Shown here one piece after another: positions 1 through 13,213 of a stretch of DNA of 64,000 nt. Both the position numbers and the translations under genes were made by a program. Numbering within the stretch: position 1 is the stretch's first letter; each line of letters opens with the position of its first letter. Location of the stretch: NCBI RefSeq assembly GCF_988242995.1, contig NZ_OZ547043.1. One strand, given 5' to 3'. The notes beneath the pieces are model-generated. The model was not told the origin of the DNA and ran no database searches. It saw only the letters and a program-made list of their open reading frames with translations.

Positions 1-866
1 AGGGTGTTAACGCGCAAATCAGCGTACCTGCGAGCAATGTTGAAACATTTCGCGCACAGCTCTATGCCTTCGACCCGGCTTTAGAGGGCTTACGCCTGAA
101 TATCGCGTTGGATGATGACGGGAAATCCTTCTGGGTTCTGCGCATGAAGGTACGCGATCGCATTGTTGCCGACGGTATTGACGATCCTCACTTTGATGCC
201 AGCAATGTGGGTGAGTATCTGCAAGCGGCGGAAGTGAACGCCATGCTTGACGATCCCGATGCATTGTTTATCGACATGCGTAACCACTATGAGTATGAAG
301 TGGGGCACTTTGAAAACGCGCTGGAAATTCCGGCAGATACCTTCCGTGAGCAGCTGCCAAAAGCAGTCGAGATGATGCAGGCACATAAAGATAAAAAAAT
401 CGTTATGTACTGCACCGGTGGCATTCGTTGTGAAAAGGCCAGTGCCTGGATGAAACATAACGGATTCAATAAAGTCTGGCATATCGAGGGCGGAATTATT
501 GAATACGCCCGCAAGGCGCGCGAGCAGGGTTTACCGGTACGTTTTATTGGCAAAAATTTTGTTTTTGACGAGCGGATGGGCGAACGTATATCTGATGAGA
601 TTATCGCGCATTGCCACCAGTGCGGTGCGCCGTGCGACAGCCATACCAACTGTAAAAATGATGGCTGCCACCTGCTGTTTATTCAGTGTCCAGTATGTGC
701 GGAAAAATACAAAGGTTGTTGTAGTGAGATTTGCTGCGAAGAAAGCGCGTTACCGCCTGAAGAACAGCGACGCCGTCGGGCAGGACGTGAAAATGGCAAT
801 AAGATCTTTAATAAGTCTCGTGGACGTCTGAATACAACACTGGGCATTCCTGATCCAACAGAATAA
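1..866 (+). CDS. trhO: tRNA uridine(34) hydroxylase / rhodanese-domain protein TrhO (YceA); N-terminus lies upstream of window
   Basis: Frame is open from the window edge (codons phased from nt 3) to TAA 864-866; track ORF 108..866 starts at an internal TTG; translation contains the rhodanese Cys loop ([10 protein letters not shown]) and matches recalled E. coli YceA. Confidence 0.85.
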   Translation, partial: GVNAQISVPASNVETFRAQLYAFDPALEGLRLNIALDDDGKSFWVLRMKVRDRIVADGIDDPHFDASNVGEYLQAAEVNAMLDDPDALFIDMRNHYEYEVGHFENALEIPADTFREQLPKAVEMMQAHKDKKIVMYCTGGIRCEKASAWMKHNGFNKVWHIEGGIIEYARKAREQGLPVRFIGKNFVFDERMGERISDEIIAHCHQCGAPCDSHTNCKNDGCHLLFIQCPVCAEKYKGCCSEICCEESALPPEEQRRRRAGRENGNKIFNKSRGRLNTTLGIPDPTE

Positions 867-872
867 ATATCA

Positions 873-897
873 TTGCCGGATGCGTGTCATCCGGCAA
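873..897. terminator. hairpin between convergent trhO and yceI (GCCGGATG-n5-CATCCGGC)
   Basis: Inverted repeat 876-896 read directly; located between the two stop codons. Confidence 0.45.
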
Positions 898-907
898 CAT
901 TTCACTC

Positions 908-1483
908 TTACTTCTGCTGTACGCCTTCCACTGAAATAATCAGATCCACTTCCTGAGAAGCTGGACCTAAATCTGTTTTGATATTGAAGTCCTTGAGCTT
1001 AATTTTGCCTTCGGCCTCGAAGCCTGCACGTTTACCACCCCACGGGTCGTCGCCTTGACCAATTAATTTCGCTTCCAGCGTGACGGGTTTGGTTACGCCA
1101 TTCAGCGTCAGATCGCCGGTAATATCCAGTTCGTCACCGTCTTTCTTCACGCTGGTGGAGGTGAATGTTGCCTGTGGATATTTTGCGGTATTGAGGAAAT
1201 CTGCACTGCGAAGATGTTTATCGCGTTCGGCGTGATTAGTATCGACGCTGGTGGTGTTAATTGTCACATTCACTTTATCGGCAGCTGGATTTTTTTCATC
1301 AAAGGTAAAAGTACCGTCGAAATCTTTAAAGGTGCCATATAACCAGCTATAGCCAAGATGCTGGATGCGGAAGTTAACAAAGGCGTGCTGACCTTCTTTG
1401 TCAATTTTGTAATCGGCGGCAACCGCTGAACCGGCAGAGAACATCAGGGAAGCGAAGGTTAAACCAAGCAGGCTTTTTTTCAT
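908..1483 (-). CDS. yceI: YceI-family periplasmic protein
   Basis: Track ORF 191 aa with N-terminal signal peptide ([22 protein letters not shown]); matches recalled YceI. Confidence 0.9.
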
Positions 1484-1486
1484 TTT

Positions 1487-2053
1487 TTATACTCCATAGT
1501 CAGATGACGACTTTCCCAGCATGCGCTTCAGAGTGTCGTCTTTATCGATGAAATGATGCTTCAGGGCCATAAATCCATGCATAACGGACAGTACTACGAC
1601 GCTCCACGCGAGCCAAAAATGCAGGGCACCGGCAAAGTCAGCCTGTGCGCCAGCGTCGGCGAGGGTCGCGGGGACGTCAAACCAGCCAAAAACGCTGATC
1701 GGTTTACCATCGGCAGTTGAGATCAGATAGCCGCTGATGCCGATGGCGAACAGCAATAAGTACAATGCGAGATGTCCAGCCTTTGCGCCAAGACGAGTCA
1801 TGGGCGAATAACTCTGCAGCGGACCCGGCGGTGGAGATATGACGCGCCACAGAACGCGAATAACCAGCCCCATCATTAACAAAATGCCGATGCTTTTATG
1901 CACTTCGGGTGCTTTGTGATACCAGCCATCGTAATAACTGAGCGTGACCATCCACAGACCTAAAGCAAACATGCCGTAGACAATAATTGCGCTTAGCCAA
2001 TGGAAGGCCGCAGATATAACACCATAGCGTTCAGGGGTATTTGTGAATGACAT
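1487..2053 (-). CDS. yceJ: cytochrome b561-family membrane protein YceJ
   Basis: Track ORF 1487..2128; start moved to internal ATG (plus 2051-2053, MSFTNTPERYG) giving 188 aa as recalled for E. coli YceJ; multiple hydrophobic segments. Confidence 0.85.
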   Translation of the reverse strand: MSFTNTPERYGVISAAFHWLSAIIVYGMFALGLWMVTLSYYDGWYHKAPEVHKSIGILLMMGLVIRVLWRVISPPPGPLQSYSPMTRLGAKAGHLALYLLLFAIGISGYLISTADGKPISVFGWFDVPATLADAGAQADFAGALHFWLAWSVVVLSVMHGFMALKHHFIDKDDTLKRMLGKSSSDYGV

Positions 2054-2313
2054 AAGTGCATCCAAAACGAATTTGCGAGAGAAAGAAAATGGCGTGTCGG
2101 AGAATGAAATGCAACACAAAAATAACAAATTGAATGATATTTATTTTTATTTCAATAATTTTGAATTAATAATGAAAGAATCTTCATAAGTTTAGTGGAT
2201 TCAGCATTTGGAAGGTCTGGTGAGTGCTGTAGAGGCAGGAAGAATCTCATTCAATTTTTCACGCTAAATGAAAGGGAGATTAAATATTTGTCAGTTTATG
2301 TCAGTACGGAAAA

Positions 2314-2454
2314 CTAAAAATAAAACACATAGATCAGATCCATAATTGCCAACAATCCCCAGAGAAAAAGATAAAGCATCAGATGCTCGCGAATATTATT
2401 GATGAGATAGTGCAACAGCCGACGCATTAAATACTCCTGTAAAAACGGCCTCAT
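2314..2454 (-). CDS. yceO: small membrane protein YceO (46 aa)
   Basis: Hand translation of minus strand: ATG (plus 2452-2454) to TAG (plus 2314-2316) gives [46 protein letters not shown]; below the 60-aa track cutoff; position between yceJ and solA matches K-12 yceO. Confidence 0.55.
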
Positions 2455-2474
2455 TCTGGAGGCCGTAATGATGA

Positions 2475-3593
2475 TTATTGGAAGCGGGAAAGCCTGAATG
2501 GCGTCAAATCAAAATCGCTTTTTTTGTCTTGCGCAAAATCGGCAGCTATTTCCCCTAAAACTGACGCAAATTTAAAACCGTGCCCACTCAGGCCGGTAAT
2601 GAGCAGTGTATTATCGTGGCCGGGTAGGGTATCGATAATAAAATCTTCGTCAGGCGAATTATCATAGGTGCAGGCAGCGCCGTACAGGCAGCAACCGATA
2701 CCCGGCAATACATTGCGCAAGAACGGGAAGGCTTCCGAACCATCGCTGACCACTTCCGCAAACGGAACACGTTCATCCGCTGAATGGATAACCTGGCCTC
2801 CGTTATGTTTGCCAATCTTCAACGCGTCGTTTTCTGCCGGAAAACCATAATATTGATCGCCATTGGGCAGTTCACCGGTAAACGCCGGGAATTTATTCTT
2901 CACGCTATAGCGACCATCGGCCTGATACCAGGCAAATACTTTGCGTATGGGCTGGACAGGCAGCTCCGGGAGCAGGTCTTTTACCCATGTTCCCGCGCAG
3001 ACAATCGCTTTTTTCGCCTGATAATAACCGTCAGCCGTTTCAATAGTTACGCCATCATCGTCATGACGAATTGCGGTGACCGGGCAGTTGAACAGCTGCG
3101 CACAGCCCGCTTCCTTCGCCAGTTGGATCCAGGTTTTAATCGCCAGTTCGCTGCGCAAAAAACCGGAATCAGTCTCAAATAAGCCGATGTAGTTGTCCGG
3201 GACGCGTATTTCTGGCCAGCGGGCCATAATCCCTTGCGCATCGAGCTTTTCAACGTTGAGTTGCCATTGTTTGGCGCTGTGGGCGACGTTGGCGAGAAAT
3301 GTGGAATCAGCCGGGCCAAGGTTAATGACGCCAGAGCGTACAAAAATGGGATCTTCTTCGTTGTGGCGGGAGAGTTCATCCCACAGCGTTTGCGCGCGGA
3401 GAACCAGTGGGACATACTTTTCGCCTTCACCATAAGCATGGCGAATTAATCGCGTATCGCCGTGGTGGCTGCCGTGTTGATGCGGTGGCATATGGGCGTC
3501 GGTCATAAGCACGTTTAAACCGGCGCGGGTTGCATAATACCCGGCGGCAGCGCCTACGGAACCGCTGCCAATAATGATGAGATCGTATTTCAT
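2475..3593 (-). CDS. solA: N-methyl-L-tryptophan oxidase (FAD-dependent)
   Basis: Track ORF 372 aa, N-terminal FAD-binding motif [12 protein letters not shown]; matches recalled SolA. Confidence 0.95.
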
Positions 3594-3661
3594 TTTTTTC
3601 TCTCTGCTCTCATGGTTTAAGCAGAGTAATTAACTGAATGCAGATATACAACCCAGAAATG

Positions 3662-3690
3662 GTAAAGGCACCGGTGAGGTGCCTTTTGGG
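3662..3690. terminator. candidate hairpin downstream of bssS (GGCACC-n5-GGTGCC followed by TTTT on plus strand)
   Basis: Inverted repeat 3667-3683 read directly; weak U-tract on the bssS strand. Confidence 0.3.
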
Positions 3691-3707
3691 TGGATGGTCA
3701 TGTCATG

Positions 3708-3962
3708 TTAATGACGCCGATACTCGTTTACCGGGAAATCACCGGATTCAATTTTGGCGATTCCTGCTTCTAATATCGAAATAAATTGTCTGGCAACATC
3801 AGTGGTTAACCAGAGCGTCTGACCAACTTCAGTCCCTTCCTGCTCGGACTTATTTGGGGTCTGGTAGTGCAAACGCAACATCAGCGCATCATAGCTATCA
3901 ACGGTGCTGATGTCCCACCCTACGAGCGGATGAGTCTGAATGACTTCATTATTTTTTTCCAT
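3708..3962 (-). CDS. bssS: biofilm regulator BssS
   Basis: Track ORF 85 aa begins MM; second ATG (plus 3960-3962) gives the recalled 84-aa BssS (MEKNNEVIQTHPLVGW...). Confidence 0.9.
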   Translation of the reverse strand: MEKNNEVIQTHPLVGWDISTVDSYDALMLRLHYQTPNKSEQEGTEVGQTLWLTTDVARQFISILEAGIAKIESGDFPVNEYRRH

Positions 3963-4203
3963 CATGGCCCCCTAATTCGTGTTACTAGACAACGTTATTC
4001 GAGGTTCAATGCGTTTTTATCTGAAGCAACTTCAGTATACCAATAAGTAAGGGTATTCACCGAATTTTTAAAGGGGGGAACAGATAAATTTTTGCTTTTA
4101 AGATTTATATGAACAATAAAACAGCATGTCATTCATATTTTTTTAGCATATTGTGCAATTATTTTGAGGAAGTGTAGAAATTTTGTACTCGAAATTTGTA
4201 AGT

Positions 4204-4230
4204 AAAATAAAAAAGCCGGGGCGACCCGGC
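4204..4230 (-). terminator. intrinsic terminator of dinI
   Basis: GCCGGG-gcga-CCCGGC hairpin 4215-4230 followed on the minus strand by a U-run (plus A-run 4205-4214), 20 nt past the dinI stop. Confidence 0.55.
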
Positions 4231-4251
4231 AAAAACAAAAATCACTGCATA

Positions 4252-4497
4252 TTATTCGCTGACAAACCAGTCATCGGCGCTTTCCCACGTTTCCTGGAGA
4301 ATTTCGCTAATGCGCTGTTTATCTTCTTTTGTCGCGCCAATAACCGATAAATTATTCGCTGCGGCATAACGTACCGATACGTGGCCTTCATTATCAGGAA
4401 ACGCATACTGAATACGGCGGGAAAGTTCGCCAGCCAGGGCGTCAATAGCCCCAGCTGGCAATGGAGAAGTTTTCGCTATGGTGACTTCAATTCGCAT
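4252..4497 (-). CDS. dinI: DNA damage-inducible protein DinI
   Basis: Track ORF 4252..4629 trimmed to internal ATG (plus 4495-4497): MRIEVTIAKTSPLPAGAIDALAGELSRRIQYAFPDNEGHVSVRYAAANN..., 81 aa as recalled for DinI. Confidence 0.93.
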   Translation of the reverse strand: MRIEVTIAKTSPLPAGAIDALAGELSRRIQYAFPDNEGHVSVRYAAANNLSVIGATKEDKQRISEILQETWESADDWFVSE

Positions 4498-4518
4498 AAT
4501 AGCCCCCTGTTGAATATA

Positions 4519-4534
4519 CTGGTTATTTATACAG
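4519..4534 (-). promoter_or_regulatory. LexA operator (SOS box) of dinI
   Basis: Minus strand reads CTGTATAAATAACCAG, matching CTGT-N8-ACAG; 22 nt upstream of the dinI start. Confidence 0.75.
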
Positions 4535-4570
4535 GTAAAATAACCTAATGACAACAGGAAGCTACGATTT

Positions 4571-5617
4571 TTATTGTTTAACGGACCAGCGTACCGTTTC
4601 CCCAGCGAGGAATGGCACCAGGGTGTCATCAGTCAGTGCGATGCTTTCAGCAACCTGTTGCTCTTCACGTACCAGTTCGATGAATGTGTCGTTGACCGGC
4701 AACCCGTAGAACTGCGGGCCGTTTACAGAACAGAATGCTTCAAAGTGCGGCAGAGCATTCATCTCTTCAAAGACGGTAGCGTAACTGCCCAGCGCGGTTG
4801 GGGCGTTGAAGCAGCCCGCGCAGCCGCAGCTGCTCTCTTTGCGATGACGTGCATGCGGCGCAGAATCCGTACCGAGGAATACGCGATTAAAACCGCTGGC
4901 GACCAGTTCACGCAATGCCTGTTGGTGAATATTGCGTTTGAGGATGGGTAGACAATACAGATGTGGACGCACGCCACCAACCAGCATATGGTTGCGGTTA
5001 AACATCAGATGCTGCGGAGTGATGGTGGCAGCCAGCCGTTCATTTCCGTTACGGACATAGTCGGCAGCATCTTTGGTGGTGATGTGCTCAAAAACGACTT
5101 TCAGCGCAGTCAGGCGCTGGCGCAGCGGTTCCATCACGCTTTCAATAAAGCGCGCTTCACGATCAAAAATGTCGATATCTGCATGTGTCACTTCACCATG
5201 CACCAGTAACGGCATACCGATTTTTTCCATGCGCTCAAGTACCGGCATGATTGCGTCAACTGACGTCACGCCGTGACTGGAGTTAGTAGTTGCGTTTGCC
5301 GGGTAAAGTTTTGCAGCGGTGAACACGCCTTCGTTAAATCCACGCTCAAGCTCATTAGGGTCTAGTGAATCTGTCAAATAACAGGTCATCAGCGGGGTGA
5401 AATCGTGCCCGGCAGGTACGGCGTCAAGAATACGCTGGCGATACGCCACGGCAGCCTCAACGGTGGTCACGGGCGGAGCCAGATTGGGCATTACGATAGC
5501 CCGTCCATAAATTTCGCTGGTATACGGCACGACAGTTTTTAACATGTCGCCATCGCGGAGGTGAAGGTGCCAGTCGTCTGGGCGGCGGATCTTTAATACC
5601 TGGGATGGTGCAGTCAT
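4571..5617 (-). CDS. pyrC: dihydroorotase
   Basis: Track ORF 348 aa; N-terminal metal-binding HxH motif ([10 protein letters not shown]); matches recalled PyrC. Confidence 0.95.
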   Translation of the reverse strand: MTAPSQVLKIRRPDDWHLHLRDGDMLKTVVPYTSEIYGRAIVMPNLAPPVTTVEAAVAYRQRILDAVPAGHDFTPLMTCYLTDSLDPNELERGFNEGVFTAAKLYPANATTNSSHGVTSVDAIMPVLERMEKIGMPLLVHGEVTHADIDIFDREARFIESVMEPLRQRLTALKVVFEHITTKDAADYVRNGNERLAATITPQHLMFNRNHMLVGGVRPHLYCLPILKRNIHQQALRELVASGFNRVFLGTDSAPHARHRKESSCGCAGCFNAPTALGSYATVFEEMNALPHFEAFCSVNGPQFYGLPVNDTFIELVREEQQVAESIALTDDTLVPFLAGETVRWSVKQ

Positions 5618-5667
5618 TAATCTCTATGCTCCGGCTGAAGGGATGTTTTTGCCGGACACAAAGGATA

Positions 5668-5684
5668 AGCGGAAACGTTTTCCT
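5668..5684 (-). promoter_or_regulatory. candidate PurR operator in the pyrC promoter
   Basis: Near-palindrome AGCGGAAACGTTTTCCT resembles the PurR box (core AAACGTTT); about 50 nt upstream of the pyrC start; pyrC is a known PurR target. Confidence 0.5.
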
Positions 5685-5689
5685 TTGCA

Positions 5690-5716
5690 CGAAAAATAAA
5701 GGGCGCGAATGCGCCC
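5690..5716 (-). terminator. intrinsic terminator of yceB
   Basis: GGGCGC-gaat-GCGCCC hairpin 5701-5716 followed on the minus strand by TTTATTTTT; immediately downstream of the yceB stop. Confidence 0.6.
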
Positions 5717-5722
5717 TCGTGA

Positions 5723-6283
5723 TTAATCAGTAAACGGAATGACAATTTCGCCTGGCTTCACTTCAATGCCTTTCGCCAGTTTCTTCGCCATTGCTTCGCC
5801 CTGGCTGCCATCTTCGCGCAGGACGTAAGCAGGTTGCTGGTTAAAGTAATTGCGTAATGCCTGGTTCAGATAGGGAAGCAACGTTTGCATCACCGTTTGC
5901 ATTTTTTCCGGTTGTACCGTCGCATCGACCACTTCCATCTCTTTCAGGAAGATCGCGCCTTTTTCTTTATCAAACACGGGCAGCGCTTTCAGCTTCAGTT
6001 TCATGGTCGCTTTCTGGCTACCGAACAGGGAGTTCATGTCCAGATTGGCGTCTCCGGTTAGGGTAACCTTATTCGGCTCTTCGCGACCAATTTGGCTGGT
6101 CAGGTTTGTCAGAACAATATGGGCATCAGCCACGCCGGGTAAACCGATATCTTTTGAGAAATTATTATGTTTCGCAAGCGACTGGTTAATTTCTTGTTCG
6201 GTGATGGTGTATTGGGTGAGTTGATTACAGCCAACGAGCAGGCCACTGACGATCAATGCAGCGGCAAATAAAAACTTGTTCAT
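5723..6283 (-). CDS. yceB: lipoprotein YceB (DUF1439)
   Basis: Track ORF 5723..6484 trimmed to internal ATG (plus 6281-6283) giving 186 aa with a lipoprotein signal peptide and lipobox (LLVGC). Confidence 0.85.
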   Translation of the reverse strand: MNKFLFAAALIVSGLLVGCNQLTQYTITEQEINQSLAKHNNFSKDIGLPGVADAHIVLTNLTSQIGREEPNKVTLTGDANLDMNSLFGSQKATMKLKLKALPVFDKEKGAIFLKEMEVVDATVQPEKMQTVMQTLLPYLNQALRNYFNQQPAYVLREDGSQGEAMAKKLAKGIEVKPGEIVIPFTD

Positions 6284-6416
6284 GGTAGTCCTCGACATGA
6301 AATCTGCGTCAATATCCTGACACAACGCAGCATGTGTCACCAGCGATAAACGCGCCAGCAGAAAAAACTGAAAACGGCGGCAACCCGCGAATACAGGCTG
6401 CCGCGGCGGGTCAGGA

Positions 6417-7064
6417 TTAAATCGCCATTGATGATAACAAATTGATTTGTGTCTGTTTCGCCATATTATCGCGGTAATCAGCAACGCGGCTTGGCCAGTT
6501 GATTCCGGCTACCAGCGTCAGATTACGCAGTAGCGGAAATAGCTGAATATCATCTTCCGAAAGTTCGCCATTCACGGCGTTCGGTTTGACGATCAGTTTG
6601 TCCAGCGCACGTAAATCATCGCTGATATTCTTAATCAGACCGTCAGAGTGGGCCAGCAGGTCGGCAAAATTACCCGCGCTGGCCTCTTTCTTGTCGACGA
6701 AATATTTGCGCGCGGCAGGAGTAGAAAACTCATCAAATGCCGATTTGGCAAAACGCGGCAACAGCAGTTTGTTGGCGTAGCCATTGACCTTGCGCAGCCA
6801 CTCTTCAATGGCAGGGGAACGTTTGCCGGTCAGTAACGGTTTGCCGTCGAGTTTATCGACATAGTGAACGATGTCCATGCTTTCTGGCATATAGCGGCTG
6901 TCATCTTTTTGCAGAATGGGAACCTGTTTTTGACCGACCATCCGGGTGGGTGTTTCTGCGTCGTCGTTGAGCAGAACATGTAATTCGACGGGGATATTTT
7001 TCAGGCCGAAAATCATGCGGGCTTTGAGGCAGTAAGGGCAGTGATCGTAAATGTATAGCTTCAC
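6417..7064 (-). CDS. grxB: glutaredoxin 2
   Basis: Track ORF 215 aa, CPYC active site near the N-terminus; GTG start codon read on the minus strand. Confidence 0.93.
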   Translation of the reverse strand: MKLYIYDHCPYCLKARMIFGLKNIPVELHVLLNDDAETPTRMVGQKQVPILQKDDSRYMPESMDIVHYVDKLDGKPLLTGKRSPAIEEWLRKVNGYANKLLLPRFAKSAFDEFSTPAARKYFVDKKEASAGNFADLLAHSDGLIKNISDDLRALDKLIVKPNAVNGELSEDDIQLFPLLRNLTLVAGINWPSRVADYRDNMAKQTQINLLSSMAI

Positions 7065-7127
7065 GTGACTCCTCCATTTGGCTGTCAGTTCACTTTCAGT
7101 ATGGAGGAGTCAGGGGGGAGTATCAAA

Positions 7128-8336
7128 TCAGGCGTCGCGTTCCAGCAAACGACGCGCGGCGCGTTTCTGGCTAAACTGCCAACCCAGCGCAAGGAAAGTG
7201 AAGATGCCAACAATACCCAGCATCATCCACGGAAGCTCTGGCTGGTGCGCCGATTTGCCCAGGTCAAACAGCCAGCCGCCACCGATATAACCAATAGCGC
7301 CGCCAATCGCCAGACCCAGACGGCTAAACCCCATATAGCTGCCGCGAGCTCTTGCGTCTGCCAGCGAAGCACTTAAGGTTTCACGCGCAGGCTCGGCAAT
7401 GATCGACCCGATATAAAACAGACAAATCAGGGTGAAAAGTTGTTGCAGACCGCTGACCATGCCCACCGGCATCATGCTTAATGACATTATCAACAGCCCA
7501 GCCATCAACCGGTGTTCCAGACGAAAATGCTTTTCACTCCAGCGGGCGATAGGATAGAGCAACGTTAACGACAGACACGCTTCAATGGCATACATCCATT
7601 TAACGGCAGAGGGCGCGCCAGCCACGTCGTTGACCATAATTGGCAGCATCAGCATCACTTGTACAGCCAGCATGTAGTAACCCGCCAGCGTCAGGACATA
7701 GGTGACAAAACGCTTGTCGCGCATCACGCGGGTCATGCCTTCGCGAACGGGCGTGCGTACAGTGGAGAGCTTCCATGCCGGTAACAACCACGCATTGAAC
7801 GCTGCACACAGCACAAACAAAACTGCCCCTGTGGCGCAGACCAGGCGAAAGTCGTATTGCAACAGCCAGCTCCCCAACAATGCGCCAATGACCGCACCGG
7901 CACTGTCCTGCATCATCAACAGCGAGAAAAAACGACCACGCTGCTGTGGACGGATTAATTTCACCACCAGCGCCGAACGCGGCGGATCAAACAACGTGCC
8001 GCCGAGTCCCGAAAGCAGGCATGAAAACCACAGTAGCCACGGTTCGTGGGCGATACCCATTGTGGCGAATCCGGCGGCACGCATCAGCATACCGGTAACA
8101 ATCATCGGTTTGGCACCAAAGCGGTCGGCAATTGCTCCGCCGAAAATACCCAGACCTTGCTGAATAAACTGGCGTAGGCCGAGGGCAATACCGACCATGA
8201 CGGCGGCCCAGCCCATTTGATCAACGAAGCGGATAGAGATCAGCGGGAAGACAACAAAGAACCCCAGCACGACCAGCATATTATCGATGAGCAGGAAATA
8301 TTTACCCAGGTTCCTGGCCTGCGACACGCGGGACAT
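7128..8336 (-). CDS. mdtH: MFS multidrug efflux transporter MdtH
   Basis: Track ORF 7128..8366 trimmed to ATG (plus 8334-8336, [27 protein letters not shown]), 402 aa as recalled for MdtH. Confidence 0.9.
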   Translation of the reverse strand: MSRVSQARNLGKYFLLIDNMLVVLGFFVVFPLISIRFVDQMGWAAVMVGIALGLRQFIQQGLGIFGGAIADRFGAKPMIVTGMLMRAAGFATMGIAHEPWLLWFSCLLSGLGGTLFDPPRSALVVKLIRPQQRGRFFSLLMMQDSAGAVIGALLGSWLLQYDFRLVCATGAVLFVLCAAFNAWLLPAWKLSTVRTPVREGMTRVMRDKRFVTYVLTLAGYYMLAVQVMLMLPIMVNDVAGAPSAVKWMYAIEACLSLTLLYPIARWSEKHFRLEHRLMAGLLIMSLSMMPVGMVSGLQQLFTLICLFYIGSIIAEPARETLSASLADARARGSYMGFSRLGLAIGGAIGYIGGGWLFDLGKSAHQPELPWMMLGIVGIFTFLALGWQFSQKRAARRLLERDA

Positions 8337-8571
8337 TTCCCCTCCCGGGAAATAAAAGATGAGCACTTTCTATTCTGCATTGCCGCTAAGACTTTTCCCA
8401 TCACTTCGGGGACAATATTTTTTTATCAAAACGTCGCTTTGATAGAGAGTTTTTATCAAATATGTGAATAATGCAGAAAATGGCATTCTGGACTTTTCAC
8501 AGGGTCTGGTTGCGCAGGTATAGTAATACTTACAGCGTATTAAAGACGTTACGGGAAGGAGTAGGTATAGA

Positions 8572-9814
<1,243 letters not shown>

Positions 9815-9815
9815 A

Positions 9816-10739
9816 GTGAAAAAATTACGTATCGGCGTAGTGGGATTAGGCGGCATTGCGCAAAAAGCGTGGTTACCGGTGCTGGCGGCAGCGTCTGACT
9901 GGATGTTACAAGGAGCCTGGTCGCCTACGCGCGCGAAAGCCCTGCCAATTTGTGAAAGCTGGCGCATTCCTTATGCCGATTCGTTATCCAGCCTTGCCGC
10001 CAGTTGCGATGCGGTTTTTGTGCATTCCAGCACCGCCAGCCACTTTGACGTGGTCAGTACGTTACTCAATGCGGGGGTACATGTCTGTGTCGATAAACCG
10101 CTGGCAGAAAATCTGCGCGATGCTGAACGGCTGGTGGAACTTGCGGCGCGGAAAAAACTGACGTTGATGGTCGGTTTTAACCGTCGTTTCGCACCACTCT
10201 ACGGTGAGTTAAAAACGCAACTCGCCACCGCAGCCTCGCTAAGAATGGATAAACATCGTAGCAATAGCGTCGGGCCACACGATCTTTATTTCACGTTGCT
10301 GGATGATTATCTGCATGTGGTGGATACCGCGCTGTGGTTGTCGGGCGGCAAAGCCTCTCTGGATGGCGGTACGCTACTGACTAACGACGCTGGCGAAATG
10401 CTGTTTGCCGAGCACCATTTTTCGGCCGGTCCTTTGCAGATCACCACCTGTATGCATCGCCGTGCCGGAAGCCAGCGTGAAACCGTGCAGGCCGTGACTG
10501 ACGGTGCGCTCATCGACATTACGGATATGCGCGAATGGCGTGAGGAGCGCGGGCAGGGCGTAGTGCATAAACCGATTCCTGGTTGGCAGAGTACGCTTGA
10601 GCAACGTGGATTTGTCGGCTGTGCGCGGCACTTCATTGAATGTGTGCAAAATCAGACAGTTCCGCAAACCGCCGGCGAACAGGCAGTGCTGGCGCAACGT
10701 ATCGTTGACAAGATCTGGCGCGATGCGATGAGTGAATAA
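9816..10739 (+). CDS. yceM: Gfo/Idh/MocA-family oxidoreductase YceM (MviM)
   Basis: Track ORF 9783..10739; start placed at GTG 9816 (VKKLRIGVVGLGGIAQKAWLPVL, Rossmann motif) giving the recalled 307 aa; starts 2 nt after the yceH stop. Confidence 0.85.
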   Translation: MKKLRIGVVGLGGIAQKAWLPVLAAASDWMLQGAWSPTRAKALPICESWRIPYADSLSSLAASCDAVFVHSSTASHFDVVSTLLNAGVHVCVDKPLAENLRDAERLVELAARKKLTLMVGFNRRFAPLYGELKTQLATAASLRMDKHRSNSVGPHDLYFTLLDDYLHVVDTALWLSGGKASLDGGTLLTNDAGEMLFAEHHFSAGPLQITTCMHRRAGSQRETVQAVTDGALIDITDMREWREERGQGVVHKPIPGWQSTLEQRGFVGCARHFIECVQNQTVPQTAGEQAVLAQRIVDKIWRDAMSE

Positions 10740-10761
10740 ACCCTGTAACATCTGGCGGTAG

Positions 10762-12384
<1,623 letters not shown>

Positions 12385-12393
12385 CAATGCATT

Positions 12394-12414
12394 CCGGCCT
12401 GCAGTGCAGGCCGG
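12394..12414. terminator. strong hairpin between convergent murJ and flgN
   Basis: CCGGCCTGCA-g-TGCAGGCCGG-type inverted repeat read directly; no clear U-tract. Confidence 0.45.
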
Positions 12415-12423
12415 AGATAATCT

Positions 12424-12840
12424 TCAGATCGAAATCTTTTTACTGCCGCGATGGGTTGTTGAGGTCTGACCGTTTGCCCCATATAGCGTCGGTTCCTGAT
12501 GCGGTTTCAACATTTCCAGTGCTTGTTGGTTGCGCTCAATCTGTCCTTCCAGTAACCAGCCGTTATGTTGATTCATTTGGCGTAGTTGCTGCGTTTTCAC
12601 AGTAATTTCCTGCCAGCGTTGACTAATATCAACGCTATTTGCTGCATTGGGTTCTTTCCTGCGTAACTGTTCGAGGTAATCCAGCGTCGCCAGCAGAGAG
12701 CTTTTTTGTTCTGTAATCCATTGCAACTGGCTGCCGTTGATCTGCCCCATAGAGAGATGTTGCTGCTCTTGATCCATTACCGTTTTGAGATCGTTAAGCA
12801 CAGCGGACATCTGGTCGAGGATCTCTGCAAGACGCGTCAT
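12424..12840 (-). CDS. flgN: flagellar export chaperone FlgN
   Basis: Track ORF 138 aa; matches recalled FlgN. Confidence 0.93.
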   Translation of the reverse strand: MTRLAEILDQMSAVLNDLKTVMDQEQQHLSMGQINGSQLQWITEQKSSLLATLDYLEQLRRKEPNAANSVDISQRWQEITVKTQQLRQMNQHNGWLLEGQIERNQQALEMLKPHQEPTLYGANGQTSTTHRGSKKISI

Positions 12841-12844
12841 ACGA

Positions 12845-13138
12845 TCAGTTACTCTGCAAGTCTTGCTGCGCTTCGTTGATCAGCGCATCGGCAATTTTGC
12901 CGGTGTCCATTTTTAGTTCACCGTTACGAATCGCCAGTTTTAACGCTTCGACACGTTCAAGATTGATATCACTGCTGCCGGGTTGCATCAGTTTTGCTTG
13001 CGCGTCGCTTAACGTCACACTGGTGCTGGTGGAGGCGGTTGTTTTTGCCGCCCGGGTGTTCGTTACGGGCGCGTCAATGGTTTCGCGCGGTTGAACGGTG
13101 CTTACGGGCTTCAGAGGCGAAGTGCGATCAATACTCAT
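12845..13138 (-). CDS. flgM: anti-sigma-28 factor FlgM
   Basis: Track ORF 97 aa; matches recalled FlgM. Confidence 0.93.
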   Translation of the reverse strand: MSIDRTSPLKPVSTVQPRETIDAPVTNTRAAKTTASTSTSVTLSDAQAKLMQPGSSDINLERVEALKLAIRNGELKMDTGKIADALINEAQQDLQSN

Positions 13139-13181
13139 GGTTTATTCCTCATTGAGGGCGCTTTTATCATGTGTTGCTTAT

Positions 13182-13208
13182 TTATCGGCAAGGGACGGGT
13201 AATCTTTA
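13182..13208 (-). promoter_or_regulatory. sigma-28 (FliA) class 3 promoter for flgMN
   Basis: Minus strand reads TAAA-N15-GCCGATAA (plus TTATCGGC 13182-13189 and TTTA 13205-13208), an exact match to the sigma-28 consensus, in the flgA-flgM gap. Confidence 0.7.
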
Positions 13209-13213
13209 ACAGC

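Noticed and set aside
1487-2128. Longer 213-aa form of yceJ starting at the upstream start codon
   Set aside because: The N-terminal 25 residues are not part of recalled YceJ; the internal ATG gives the expected 188 aa
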